DNA of 32,000 nucleotides from an uncultured Bacilli bacterium (GTDB lineage Bacteria; Bacillota_I; Bacilli_A; RF39; UBA660): NCBI GenBank assembly GCA_910586295.1, contig CAJUGE010000062.1, positions 1 through 32,000 of the forward strand, given 5' to 3'. The position numbers and the translations under genes are program-made. How positions within the stretch are numbered: the first letter of the stretch is position 1; every line of letters begins with the position of its first letter. The notes below the pieces were generated by a model, which worked only from the letters and a program-made list of their open reading frames with translations, did no database searches and was not told the origin of the DNA. Shown here in pieces: positions 16,709 to 24,903 of the stretch.

Positions 16709-17494
16709 TTACACTTCCTTACTTTTATTTTGTACATTTTTACAATATATATTTAGTGGACATTCACTACATTTTTTCTTAGTACATAATGTAGCACCTA
16801 ATTCCCATAAGTATTTATCTATATTACTTGGACTGATATTTAGGTCATTACCTGATTCTACATAAGCATTTGACAAGTCTTCTATTTCTTTATCATTCAA
16901 TTTTAGTTTGTTTGTAATACCAGTTAAGTAACTTATCTCTATGTCATGCCTATCTATTGGGATTGATTCGATTTCTTCTGTAAAATTACATATTTTAGAA
17001 TCTCTAATCATTCTTATTAAAAGGTTACCTGTCTTCCTCCCGTAGCCTTTAATTCCTTTTATAAATTCATTTAATTCACCAATACTTTTTAAGATTTTCA
17101 AATCATCTGGCAAATTTTTGTATTGAATTAATTGTTTAGAAAGTTCCATCCACTTTCTTGTTCCTACGTTAGGATATCTAGGGTGTATATTTTTTATTAA
17201 TTGGCTTTTTAGTGATTCCTCATTTAGTGTTATTATGTAATTGGGATTAAATAAATTTGGAACATCTTTGTAAGTATTTATTAAGTTTTGATTGTAAACT
17301 TTAGAGCGCATACCATAGTTTAAAAGGCAAGAATAAAATATGTAAAGGTAATATTCATGAGAATTGATTATAATATTCGATGGAAATTCTATATTCGCTA
17401 AGTCTTTATTACCTTTGTAGTAATCATTTAATGATTTAACTACGTTCTTGCATTTTTCATAATTTATATTTTTTTCTATAGTTTTGTTCATCAT
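16709..17494 (-). CDS. HhH-GPD superfamily (endonuclease III-like) DNA glycosylase-like protein with a C-terminal Cys cluster
   Basis: ORF track. HhH-like IKGYGRKTGNLLI, then PIDRHD (compare VDTH), and C-terminal C-x4-C-x2-C-x5-C (CTKKKCSECPLNIYC) resembling the Fe-S cluster loop. Its stop is 2 nt before the uvrA start. Confidence 0.6.
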   Translation of the reverse strand: MMNKTIEKNINYEKCKNVVKSLNDYYKGNKDLANIEFPSNIIINSHEYYLYIFYSCLLNYGMRSKVYNQNLINTYKDVPNLFNPNYIITLNEESLKSQLIKNIHPRYPNVGTRKWMELSKQLIQYKNLPDDLKILKSIGELNEFIKGIKGYGRKTGNLLIRMIRDSKICNFTEEIESIPIDRHDIEISYLTGITNKLKLNDKEIEDLSNAYVESGNDLNISPSNIDKYLWELGATLCTKKKCSECPLNIYCKNVQNKSKEV

Positions 17495-17604
17495 ATACTT
17501 CCTATCATTTATTTAATATCTTGTTTGTCGGTTCAAATTCAGTAAGTGATTTGCAGGTCTTTTTCACTTGCTTTTACAGGTGCAATCAACTGTAAATCAA
17601 TAAT

Positions 17605-17633
17605 ATGATAGCAAACGTTTTTATGTCTGTCAA
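17605..17633 (-). promoter_or_regulatory. Sigma-A type promoter of the glycosylase-like/uvrA operon
   Basis: Reverse strand: TTGACA (17633..17628), a 17-nt spacer, then TATCAT (17610..17605). The leader to ATG 17494 is about 100 nt. Confidence 0.55.
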
Positions 17634-17663
17634 CGCGAACTTAACTAAATTAAAGAAAAACAA

Positions 17664-17885
17664 TTAAGATCTTTTTCTTAATTGCCTTGTCATATATTCT
17701 TCATATGTTTCTTCTTTGACTCTTTTGTATGATACTTCGCCTTTTTTTAGTTCTACAGGTACTCCAGTTGTTACTATTGCTTCTCCATATTTTTCCTTAT
17801 AGCCTATAATTATGCTTCTAGCAGATTTTAGTGTTTTTATTCTTGGACTTTTACTAAAATCAAACATACTTTCTTTTTCTAGCAT
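17664..17885 (-). CDS. Hypothetical small protein (73 aa from ATG 17885)
   Basis: The track ORF starts at 17906, but a GAAGGGGGAAG RBS precedes the second ATG at 17885. No motif recognised. Confidence 0.45.
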   Translation of the reverse strand: MLEKESMFDFSKSPRIKTLKSARSIIIGYKEKYGEAIVTTGVPVELKKGEVSYKRVKEETYEEYMTRQLRKRS

Positions 17886-17934
17886 ATTTTCTTCCCCCTT
17901 CAACATCTTGATTGTACCATACTTCCCCCAGGTG

Positions 17935-18672
17935 TCAATTTAATTTTTTATTTAACTTTTTGCTACGAAGATATTTTGACTTTATTACTTGTACTAAATA
18001 TCCAACTTCCATTCCTTCTATGTCTGGTCCATTTTCTTCAATAAAATTCATGAAAGATGACACAGCAGTAGAGAGATTATCATCTTGTAAGTAAAATACC
18101 ATTGGATGATAATGCCCTAGTGATTGTTTGTTAGGTATGTTTAAACGTTTAGTCATATATTCATCATTCCCTACTAAAATCATAGAAAATCCTTGCTTGT
18201 ATATATCTAATAACATCTTTTGTGTTAGAGATGGTAGTTTTTTAGAAGAATCAAATTCTTTTAAAGAGGATTTTTCTGCAAGTATAGTAATCTCTCCAGT
18301 ATATTCTTCGGTTGTACGATATCCATGACGTTCACTACTATCAAATGCTATATAAGTTAATGTTTTAATTTCATATTGTACTGTTTCATTACTTGCTAAC
18401 TCCTTTAAAACTTCAAGTGCTTTTTGATAATCTTCTATTTTAGCATTGTTTACATCTTTCATAGAGTTTTCATAGTGATATTTTTGAGTTTTTATTCCTC
18501 TTTCTATCAATCTGCTCATTCTTTCTAATAATTCTAATTTTTTTACTAATTCTTGCGAGACTTCTTTTCTTCCTAAAATCATATGTTGATAGTCTCTTTC
18601 TAAACTTATAAATTCGTTATAGAGATCATAAAAGTCTCTAATATCTTCTTCTGTTATAGCGTGCTCCATCAT
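17935..18672 (-). CDS. Hypothetical protein (245 aa): N-terminal helical/coiled region and a C-terminal globular part
   Basis: ORF track, with a GGAGA RBS upstream. No motif recognised. Confidence 0.5.
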   Translation of the reverse strand: MMEHAITEEDIRDFYDLYNEFISLERDYQHMILGRKEVSQELVKKLELLERMSRLIERGIKTQKYHYENSMKDVNNAKIEDYQKALEVLKELASNETVQYEIKTLTYIAFDSSERHGYRTTEEYTGEITILAEKSSLKEFDSSKKLPSLTQKMLLDIYKQGFSMILVGNDEYMTKRLNIPNKQSLGHYHPMVFYLQDDNLSTAVSSFMNFIEENGPDIEGMEVGYLVQVIKSKYLRSKKLNKKLN

Positions 18673-18932
18673 TTTGTCATAATCTCCAGGTTTTAAATTT
18701 AATAGAGTTTTTCGGAAATTGAAACATGATATAAATATTAGCTTAGATAGGCTATTAAAATTAGTATAAATGGAATGTTTATTACTACTGATTATGGCAA
18801 TTTTATTACCAAATCCAATTTACGAACAAGTCTAATAATAACATTAAAAATTACAAAAATATATTAATTACCTATTTTTTTTATTTTCAATTATAAATGC
18901 TTAAAAAAATGTGAAATTTTTATGAAAATTAA

Positions 18933-18961
18933 TTGAATTTCTTTTTACAAAGTTTTATACT
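18933..18961 (+). promoter_or_regulatory. Sigma-A type promoter of the 19038..21812 operon
   Basis: TTGAAT (18933..18938), a 17-nt spacer, then TATACT (18956..18961), within a 365-bp AT-rich intergenic region. Confidence 0.55.
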
Positions 18962-19037
18962 TATTTTAAAAGAAAGTATATGTTAAAAAATCACTTAGAG
19001 TGCATTATGTTTTAATTTATTAGGAAGGAGGTTAATT

Positions 19038-19475
19038 ATGACAAAAACTGTAAAGATTACTTTAGTAGCTTTAGTTGTAGCATTGGTAACATCTGTAGTT
19101 AGTGCTAAAGCTGTTGGAAGTTTTGGTGTAGTTGGTGTAAATTTACCCAGTCTTTCTGGAACTACAAGTTTAAAGCAATATACAAGAACTAGAACATCAG
19201 ATATTACACCTTTACAAGGTTATTGGAATGGTGGAACAGTTACTAATTCAGGTGAGGAACTCGTTTCTGTTAGTGTAAGAACTAAGGAAGACTCAAAACT
19301 AGCTCCTACATCATATTGGTTGAATTTGGGACATCACCAACAAAATACTTGGGGTTTAACTTCAAATAATAGTAATTACTTGCCAGGAGATTATTATTTA
19401 CAATTAAAGACAACTTCATCGTATTTCTTTGGCGCAAGTACATCTGGTGTTTGGTATTACGATCAACAGATGTAA
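19038..19475 (+). CDS. Secreted protein (145 aa) with a Sec signal peptide; possible bacteriocin-like or other exported beta-rich protein
   Basis: ORF track. Strong AGGAAGGAGG RBS. Signal peptide MTKTVKITLVALVVALVTSVVSAKA with an AKA|VG cleavage-like site. The mature part is rich in G/T/S/W/Y/N/H and poor in K/I/E, unlike its neighbours. Confidence 0.65.
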   Translation: MTKTVKITLVALVVALVTSVVSAKAVGSFGVVGVNLPSLSGTTSLKQYTRTRTSDITPLQGYWNGGTVTNSGEELVSVSVRTKEDSKLAPTSYWLNLGHHQQNTWGLTSNNSNYLPGDYYLQLKTTSSYFFGASTSGVWYYDQQM

Positions 19476-19515
19476 ATTCCTATATACTTTCCCTTAATAT
19501 TTTTAGAGGTAATAA

Positions 19516-20448
19516 ATGAAAAAAAGAAAAATTATATTTATAGTTACTATTATTATAATAGTAGTATTTGCGTTTATAAACTATTTGAGTTATAAAAGTG
19601 AGTTAGATGGACTTAATTATAATAATAAATTGATATATGATTATTGTCTTGACAATGAAAACATTGATAATGATGAAACGAAAGTTTTTTGTGAAGAAAG
19701 AGTTGAAGAATTTGAAATGTTTTTGTCTTGTGAAAGTGATGATGCTAATGATAAATGTGAAGAATTGAAAAAAAAGTATGATATTTATTATAGTCAGAGT
19801 TTTGAAGATTTTTTAATTGGACTTTTATACAGTGATTTTATGACCTATCAGCCATTTTTTTGTATAATTCTTATTGCTTTTATAGTATATGAATTATCAT
19901 ATTACTATACATATTCTACTATTAAAAATTTTTTAACAAGGGAAACTTATAAAAAATATATAATTAGGACATATAAATCTGCGTTAAAATATATTGCTAT
20001 TATTCCTATATTTATATTTTGTACAATTATTTTTGCTTTTATTTTATCTTATAAATTATCTTTTGAGTATATTCTTTCTAAAGAATTTATATGTGCATAT
20101 TTTTTAAATGTTATTTTTCAAACGATTTTTTATATAAATATTTCTTTGATTTGTACTAGAGGCAGTAAGAGTTATATAATTACTTTTGTAAAAACTTTTA
20201 TTGTTTATGGGATTTTAATTTATGTTACTTCTAATGTTTCCACTTGTTTAAAATTATTTAATATAGTTATTTCACAAATTAATATTTTTGATTTATTTCA
20301 TTATTTATCAAATTTTTCTATTTATGTAGCTTTAATTTGTAGTTTTGTTTTAGTGGTTGTATCATATTTTATTATTTATGTAACATTTAAAAATAAGGAA
20401 AAGGTATTGATATCTTTGGAAAAGGGTGAGTTGGATTATGATAATTGA
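19516..20448 (+). CDS. Polytopic membrane protein (310 aa): N-terminal TM, acidic Cys-containing extracytoplasmic segment, then about 6 TM helices (ABC-2-like permease)
   Basis: ORF track. Hydrophobicity pattern. Five Cys between residues ~40-85. Confidence 0.55.
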   Translation: MKKRKIIFIVTIIIIVVFAFINYLSYKSELDGLNYNNKLIYDYCLDNENIDNDETKVFCEERVEEFEMFLSCESDDANDKCEELKKKYDIYYSQSFEDFLIGLLYSDFMTYQPFFCIILIAFIVYELSYYYTYSTIKNFLTRETYKKYIIRTYKSALKYIAIIPIFIFCTIIFAFILSYKLSFEYILSKEFICAYFLNVIFQTIFYINISLICTRGSKSYIITFVKTFIVYGILIYVTSNVSTCLKLFNIVISQINIFDLFHYLSNFSIYVALICSFVLVVVSYFIIYVTFKNKEKVLISLEKGELDYDN

Positions 20449-21076
20449 GATAAAAAATTTAAAAAAGTCTTTTAAAGAAAATATTGTATTTGATAATGTT
20501 AATGTGAGTTTTGAAACTGGAAAAATATACGGGATTGTTGGTAAAAATGGTAGTGGTAAAAGTGTTTTTTTAAAATTATTATGTGGTTTTTATTATCCCA
20601 CGAGTGGTACAATTTTATTTGATAAAACAAATTATATAAATGAAAAAAGTTTTCCAAAAGAATTACTTGCGCTAATAGAAAAGCCTTCTTTTTTTCCAGA
20701 TTTGACAGCTTTTGAAAATTTAAAAGTATTAGCTAATATACAAAATAATATAGATGATGAGCAAATACGTGAGATGTTAGAATTAGTAAATCTAGAAAAT
20801 AATAAGAAGAAATTTTATCAATTTTCTGCTGGTATGAAGCAAAAATTGGGAATAGCAAGTGTGTTAATGGAAAATCCAAAAATAATAATTTTAGATGAAC
20901 CTTTTAACGCAATAGAAGAAGAAACAGTAAATAAAATAAAGGAATATCTTAAATCTATAAAAAAAGATAAAATTATAATTGTTTCATCACATCATAAAGA
21001 TGATTTAGAAGATTTAAAAGCTGAAATTATTTATAAATTTAATGAAGGAAAAGTGGAGAAAGTAAATGAAATATAG
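20438..21076 (+). CDS. ABC transporter ATP-binding protein
   Basis: The track ORF starts at GTG 20426; ATG 20438 is preferred. Walker A GKNGSGKS, signature FSAGMKQK, Walker B IIILDEP, and H-loop SSHH. All intact. Confidence 0.85.
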   Translation: MIIEIKNLKKSFKENIVFDNVNVSFETGKIYGIVGKNGSGKSVFLKLLCGFYYPTSGTILFDKTNYINEKSFPKELLALIEKPSFFPDLTAFENLKVLANIQNNIDDEQIREMLELVNLENNKKKFYQFSAGMKQKLGIASVLMENPKIIILDEPFNAIEEETVNKIKEYLKSIKKDKIIIVSSHHKDDLEDLKAEIIYKFNEGKVEKVNEI

Positions 21077-21812
21077 ATTATGGTATGAAGTTCGTCAGAT
21101 GATGAAGTCTAAAAATTATATAATTGCTGTACTATTATCATTATGTTTATCTTTCTATTTTTTATTTACTTGTGTTTCAGATAGAAGAAATGTTTTTACT
21201 AATTATCTTGGTAATGCTACTGGTGTATGGTTTGTTTTTTCTATAATAATTATTACTTTAATTATCTCTAATAAAATTTTTGATGAAATTAGAGTTAATT
21301 ATAATTATCTTATAAGATTTCAAACTAAAAGAAAGGCATACAGTAATTTTATTAAAATAGAAATAATATTGAATGTAATCTTATTATTAGTAACATACTT
21401 AATTCCTTTATTTCTTTTAATAATTACTAAAAAAATGCCTGTTGAAGTAATAAGATACAATAACTATTCAATAAATTATGTTATTTATATAATTTACTAT
21501 TTAATAAAAGTAATATTTTTAATAAATGTACTAAATTTAATGTTTTTTGCTATTAGATGGTTGACAAGCAAAAGAATTGCTTATATAGTATATGGCACTC
21601 TTTTAATTTTTATTCCATTGTCTATTACCAATTTAGAAGTTATAACAGGATTGAGTAATATGTATATAAATCCAAAGTACTATTTTATGATTATGACATA
21701 CTCACATTTTATTTTAGAAATTTCCATTTTTATATTTTATATATGTATTTTGATATTAATTTTTAATTTATTAATAAATATATTTTATAAAATTAATAAA
21801 GATTTAATTTAA
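21066..21812 (+). CDS. Polytopic membrane protein (248 aa), ABC-2-type permease-like
   Basis: ORF track. About 6 TM helices. 11-nt overlap with the ATPase gene. Confidence 0.55.
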   Translation: MKYRLWYEVRQMMKSKNYIIAVLLSLCLSFYFLFTCVSDRRNVFTNYLGNATGVWFVFSIIIITLIISNKIFDEIRVNYNYLIRFQTKRKAYSNFIKIEIILNVILLLVTYLIPLFLLIITKKMPVEVIRYNNYSINYVIYIIYYLIKVIFLINVLNLMFFAIRWLTSKRIAYIVYGTLLIFIPLSITNLEVITGLSNMYINPKYYFMIMTYSHFILEISIFIFYICILILIFNLLINIFYKINKDLI

Positions 21813-21820
21813 TAGATTTT

Positions 21821-21853
21821 AACTACTTCACTGCTTAGTTGAGGTAGTTTTTT
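21821..21853 (+). terminator. Rho-independent terminator of the ABC operon
   Basis: AACTACTTCA/TGAGGTAGTT stem (one G-U pair), a 9-nt loop, then TTTTTT. Confidence 0.65.
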
Positions 21854-22320
21854 GATAATTGAAAAGTTTTGTCTCTTATGAACATTTGACTGATGGAACT
21901 ATTCAAACACCATCCACCATTTTCACTAACATCCACTGGCATACTTCTCTTACATATATTTTTATTTTTTAAAATTAGAAATTTGTATCAGTGAATATTG
22001 GTACATTTCTTTATTTTGTTTTAGCTATTCAACTGTGTATCTTAATATTTTTCTAAATCTAAACAAATCTAAGTATTCTTGTAAGTGTCTTGTTGATAGA
22101 CCTCTTGTTTTTAATAAAAGTACATCCAACTCTGCCATCAATGAATTTAATTCTCCATAAATGAAAAATAGCATATATTAACTTACTTATATAGAATTCA
22201 TACTTACTACTTTCTAATTCTACTTTTATTTATATCTGACATTTATATTATACCTTTTATTATGCGAATATTTAATCTCTATTAGTCAAATTGTTCATAA
22301 GACAATCTTTTTATTATTGA
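21852..22320. mobile_element. Decayed insertion sequence / MITE-like remnant bounded by about 40-bp imperfect inverted repeats
   Basis: The left end TTGATAATTGAAAAGTTTTGTCTCTTATGAACATTTGACTGAT (21852..21893) matches the reverse complement of 22281..22320 (TCAATAATAAAAAGATTGTCTTATGAACAATTTGACTAAT). Inside, a 49-codon minus-strand ORF (22025..22174) reads ...NSLMAELDVLLLKTRGLSTRHLQEYLDLFRFRKI, resembling the C-terminus of IS1595/ISXO2-type transposases. Confidence 0.45.
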
Positions 22321-22330
22321 CTAAGATTAA

Positions 22331-22624
22331 TTACATAAATAATACAGTGCTAACTAGAATTACAATCATAATAATAAGAATTATAAGTAAAAGAAAGTGT
22401 TTTGTTTTTTTCTTTATACTTGAAGTATTGGTATTAATTTTAGTTTTCTCTTTTAAATTTTGTGCTATATTTCTACCATAATTGTTATCGATATTATATA
22501 TGGTTTTTTGATTAGCTTTGTTTTCTTCTATAAATCTGTTATTTAATGAATTAATTTGAAGTCCACATGATTTACATATTTTATCTCCTATTTTTATAGG
22601 ATACCCACATCTTTTACAATTCAT
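22331..22624 (-). CDS. Zinc-ribbon protein with a C-terminal transmembrane anchor (97 aa)
   Basis: ORF track. CxxC-x10-CxxC at the N-terminus (MNCKRCG...ICKSCG). C-terminal helix HFLLLIILIIMIVILVSTVLFM. Confidence 0.55.
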   Translation of the reverse strand: MNCKRCGYPIKIGDKICKSCGLQINSLNNRFIEENKANQKTIYNIDNNYGRNIAQNLKEKTKINTNTSSIKKKTKHFLLLIILIIMIVILVSTVLFM

Positions 22625-22681
22625 TTTTATTTCCTTCTCTCATAATAAAATCAAGTGTTTTTTGATTAATTTATTTAGTTT

Positions 22682-23056
22682 TTATTGTAAATCAAATTCG
22701 TGCACTATAACACCATTTTCGTCTAGGTGAGACATAACACATAAATTGCCTGGTATTCTTTCATTTGTGGTTGGATTTATTAGGTCTGTTTTTAATAAAC
22801 CTTCATTTTGTAAAACGTAGACTCTAGTACATCTTGATTCTACTTCTCCGTTAAGAAGTGCATTTCTATGTACTTCGTTATTGCTATAATAAACATCTGT
22901 AGCTAGTCTAATTTGTCTTAATACTTCTTCTAATCTTTTTTCTCTAACGCTTTCTGATATTTCATCTATTCCTAGAATTGAACCACCAGTTATTACTACT
23001 AATAATACTATTACTACTAAGAGTTCAACTAATGTAAATCCTTTTTTATTCTTCAT
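22682..23056 (-). CDS. Type IV pilin / pseudopilin-like protein with a prepilin-type N-terminal cleavage/methylation motif
   Basis: ORF track. MKNKKG|FTLVELLVVIVLLVVI is the canonical class III signal (G-F-T-L-x-E). Confidence 0.75.
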   Translation of the reverse strand: MKNKKGFTLVELLVVIVLLVVITGGSILGIDEISESVREKRLEEVLRQIRLATDVYYSNNEVHRNALLNGEVESRCTRVYVLQNEGLLKTDLINPTTNERIPGNLCVMSHLDENGVIVHEFDLQ

Positions 23057-23096
23057 TTCGACTTCACCTATTATTATAATATCATAATTTTATTAA

Positions 23097-23135
23097 AGAA
23101 AAAAGAGACAATATTAGTTTGAACTTTATGTCTCT
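23097..23135 (-). terminator. Probable terminator after the tandem ATPase/nuclease genes
   Basis: AGAGACA/TGTCTCT 7-bp stem with a large loop, followed on the minus strand by TTTTTT. Confidence 0.45.
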
Positions 23136-23236
23136 AGTTTCTCCGTTTATATTATTAATTTTATATCATTCCATTTATAATTCTTAGTTTGTAATTTTCT
23201 TTGTTTCTAAATATTATCTTATTTATCGTTTTATCA

Positions 23237-24886
23237 CTATCTTACTATTGCTTTCTTTCCGTGGAATACTATAACTATCTCTTTTATGTTTGTTACTTTA
23301 TCAAGTATTAATTCTTTATAGTATTCTTTCTCTTTCATTTGGGTTATGCCTTCCCTTGCTTTATTTTCCATGTTCTCTTCACTATCACTTATTTTTACTT
23401 CTATTACTATACCTACGCTTTTGTCTTTTCTTTCTATTAACAAGTCACATCTTTCTGAACCTGTTTCTCTGTTTGACTTTGTAATATAGTTTTTGTTTAG
23501 TGCCCAGGAAAATAGTCCATATAAGTATCCATGATAGTAACTTTCTAGTGTGTCATGATAACTCATTCCCATTATTGTACTATTTATGAACTTTTCTATT
23601 TTTTCTTTTTCTCCATTTATCATGTTGTTTTTTAATTCTCTAAAGGTATCTTCTGTTTCTATGTCTTTGTTAAAGGCTATTGTTTGTATTATGTTTATTA
23701 ATTCGTTTCTTACTTCGTCATTTGGAACTTTAAAATAATTAGTTATTACATCATCTTCGTCTATTTCTTGTTTTGAGAATGTTAAGTAACCACTAAATAA
23801 TAGTAAGTTTAGTATACTGTTAAAGTCATTGTACATTTCTATATTTTCGTAGTTTAAACCTTCTCTATATGTGAATGCAATTGAATTACTTTGTAGCAGA
23901 GTTTCTAATTTTATCTTTTCATCTTCTTTTAAGTTTATTAGTAAGTCTTTTAATAGTTTATTACTTCCTGTGTTTATCCAGTATGGTTTTAGTACTCCAC
24001 TTTCTGCATAGTTTAGTATACTCCAAGGGTTATATATCTTCGTACTATCTATGTTATAACCATCATACATTTCACTTACTTTGTCTGTTAGTTCTAGACC
24101 GTAGTATTCTAATAATTCTTTTGTTTCATTTTTTGTGAAGCCAAAATATTCTCCATATCCTTTGCTCATTACATCATATATTTTAGGATTATTGAATGTA
24201 CTAAATAGACTTTCTTTTGCTACTCTAAGTACTCCTGTTAGTACTCCCATTTTTAATGAGTCATTTCCTTTTAGACTGCTAGATAGTATTGGTCTAAATA
24301 GTTCCATTACTTCTTCATAATATCCATTTGCATGGCCTTCATTAATTGGGGTGTCATATTCGTCTATCAATACTACGACTTTTTCTTTGTAGTAGTTCTC
24401 TAACATTTTTGTTAGAAAGGTTATTGAATTTTGTAGTTCTTCGATACTTGCTTCTCTATTTTTAATAGAATCATAAATTTTTAAATTATCTAAATCTTCT
24501 ATACTTTCTCTTATATATAATTTTGATTTATATGCATCACTTATAATAATTTTCAACTTATTATAAATGGTTTCATATGAACTTCCTTTTAATTCTTTAA
24601 AGTCTAGTCTTATTACTGGATATTTTCCAAAATAACTAAAGTATTCACTTTCACTTATGTATAAATCATTAAATAAGTTTTTGTTACTTTCTTTGGTTTC
24701 TATGTTAAAAAAGCAATCTAGTGTTGATAATAATAGGCTTTTTCCAAAACGTCTTGGGCGTGTATATAAAGTTACTTCTGCATTTGTTTTCATTAAATCT
24801 TCTATAACCATCGTCTTATCTACATAGTAGCAATTTTCTTCTATTATCTTTTTAAAGTCTGTCTTACTTATTGGTATCGATTTCAT
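23237..24886 (-). CDS. AAA-ATPase-like N-terminal domain plus C-terminal PD-(D/E)xK nuclease-like domain protein (549 aa), copy 1
   Basis: The track ORF starts at GTG 24895 inside the GGAAGGTG RBS; ATG 24886 (MKSIPIS) is preferred. Motifs: YVDKT, RPRRFGKSLLLS (P-loop-like), VVVLIDEYDTP (Walker B-like), and C-terminal CDLLIE...IVIEVK (D..ExK). Confidence 0.8.
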   Translation of the reverse strand: MKSIPISKTDFKKIIEENCYYVDKTMVIEDLMKTNAEVTLYTRPRRFGKSLLLSTLDCFFNIETKESNKNLFNDLYISESEYFSYFGKYPVIRLDFKELKGSSYETIYNKLKIIISDAYKSKLYIRESIEDLDNLKIYDSIKNREASIEELQNSITFLTKMLENYYKEKVVVLIDEYDTPINEGHANGYYEEVMELFRPILSSSLKGNDSLKMGVLTGVLRVAKESLFSTFNNPKIYDVMSKGYGEYFGFTKNETKELLEYYGLELTDKVSEMYDGYNIDSTKIYNPWSILNYAESGVLKPYWINTGSNKLLKDLLINLKEDEKIKLETLLQSNSIAFTYREGLNYENIEMYNDFNSILNLLLFSGYLTFSKQEIDEDDVITNYFKVPNDEVRNELINIIQTIAFNKDIETEDTFRELKNNMINGEKEKIEKFINSTIMGMSYHDTLESYYHGYLYGLFSWALNKNYITKSNRETGSERCDLLIERKDKSVGIVIEVKISDSEENMENKAREGITQMKEKEYYKELILDKVTNIKEIVIVFHGKKAIVR

Positions 24887-24903
24887 TTGTAACACCTTCC
24901 TTT

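Noticed and set aside
17628-17645. CGAAC / GTTCG half-site next to the -35 of the glycosylase-uvrA promoter, considered as a LexA (Cheo box CGAAC-N4-GTTCG) operator
   Set aside because: Only one half-site is present. The partner position 4 nt away does not match on either strand.
19200-19475. The Asn/Ser/Thr/Tyr/Gly-rich C-terminal half of the secreted protein, considered as a remote DGR variable region
   Set aside because: I could find no matching template-like sequence near the RT or anywhere else in the window. The composition alone is not evidence. A genome-wide TR/VR search is still needed (see the first finding).
21852-22320. Inverted repeats flanking about 390 bp, considered as an invertible promoter switch (inverton)
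   Set aside because: Both flanking transcription units converge on the element, so an internal promoter would have no gene to drive. No recombinase is nearby, and the interior carries a transposase C-terminal relic. An IS/MITE remnant fits better.
574-24895. Track start codons at GTG 574, GTG 24895, GTG 20426, TTG 13788, ATG 26956, ATG 7075 and ATG 17906
   Set aside because: In each case a downstream ATG has a much better Shine-Dalgarno sequence at proper spacing. Several of the upstream starts lie inside that SD, and for spoVS the shorter product matches the known protein length. The feature coordinates use the downstream starts.
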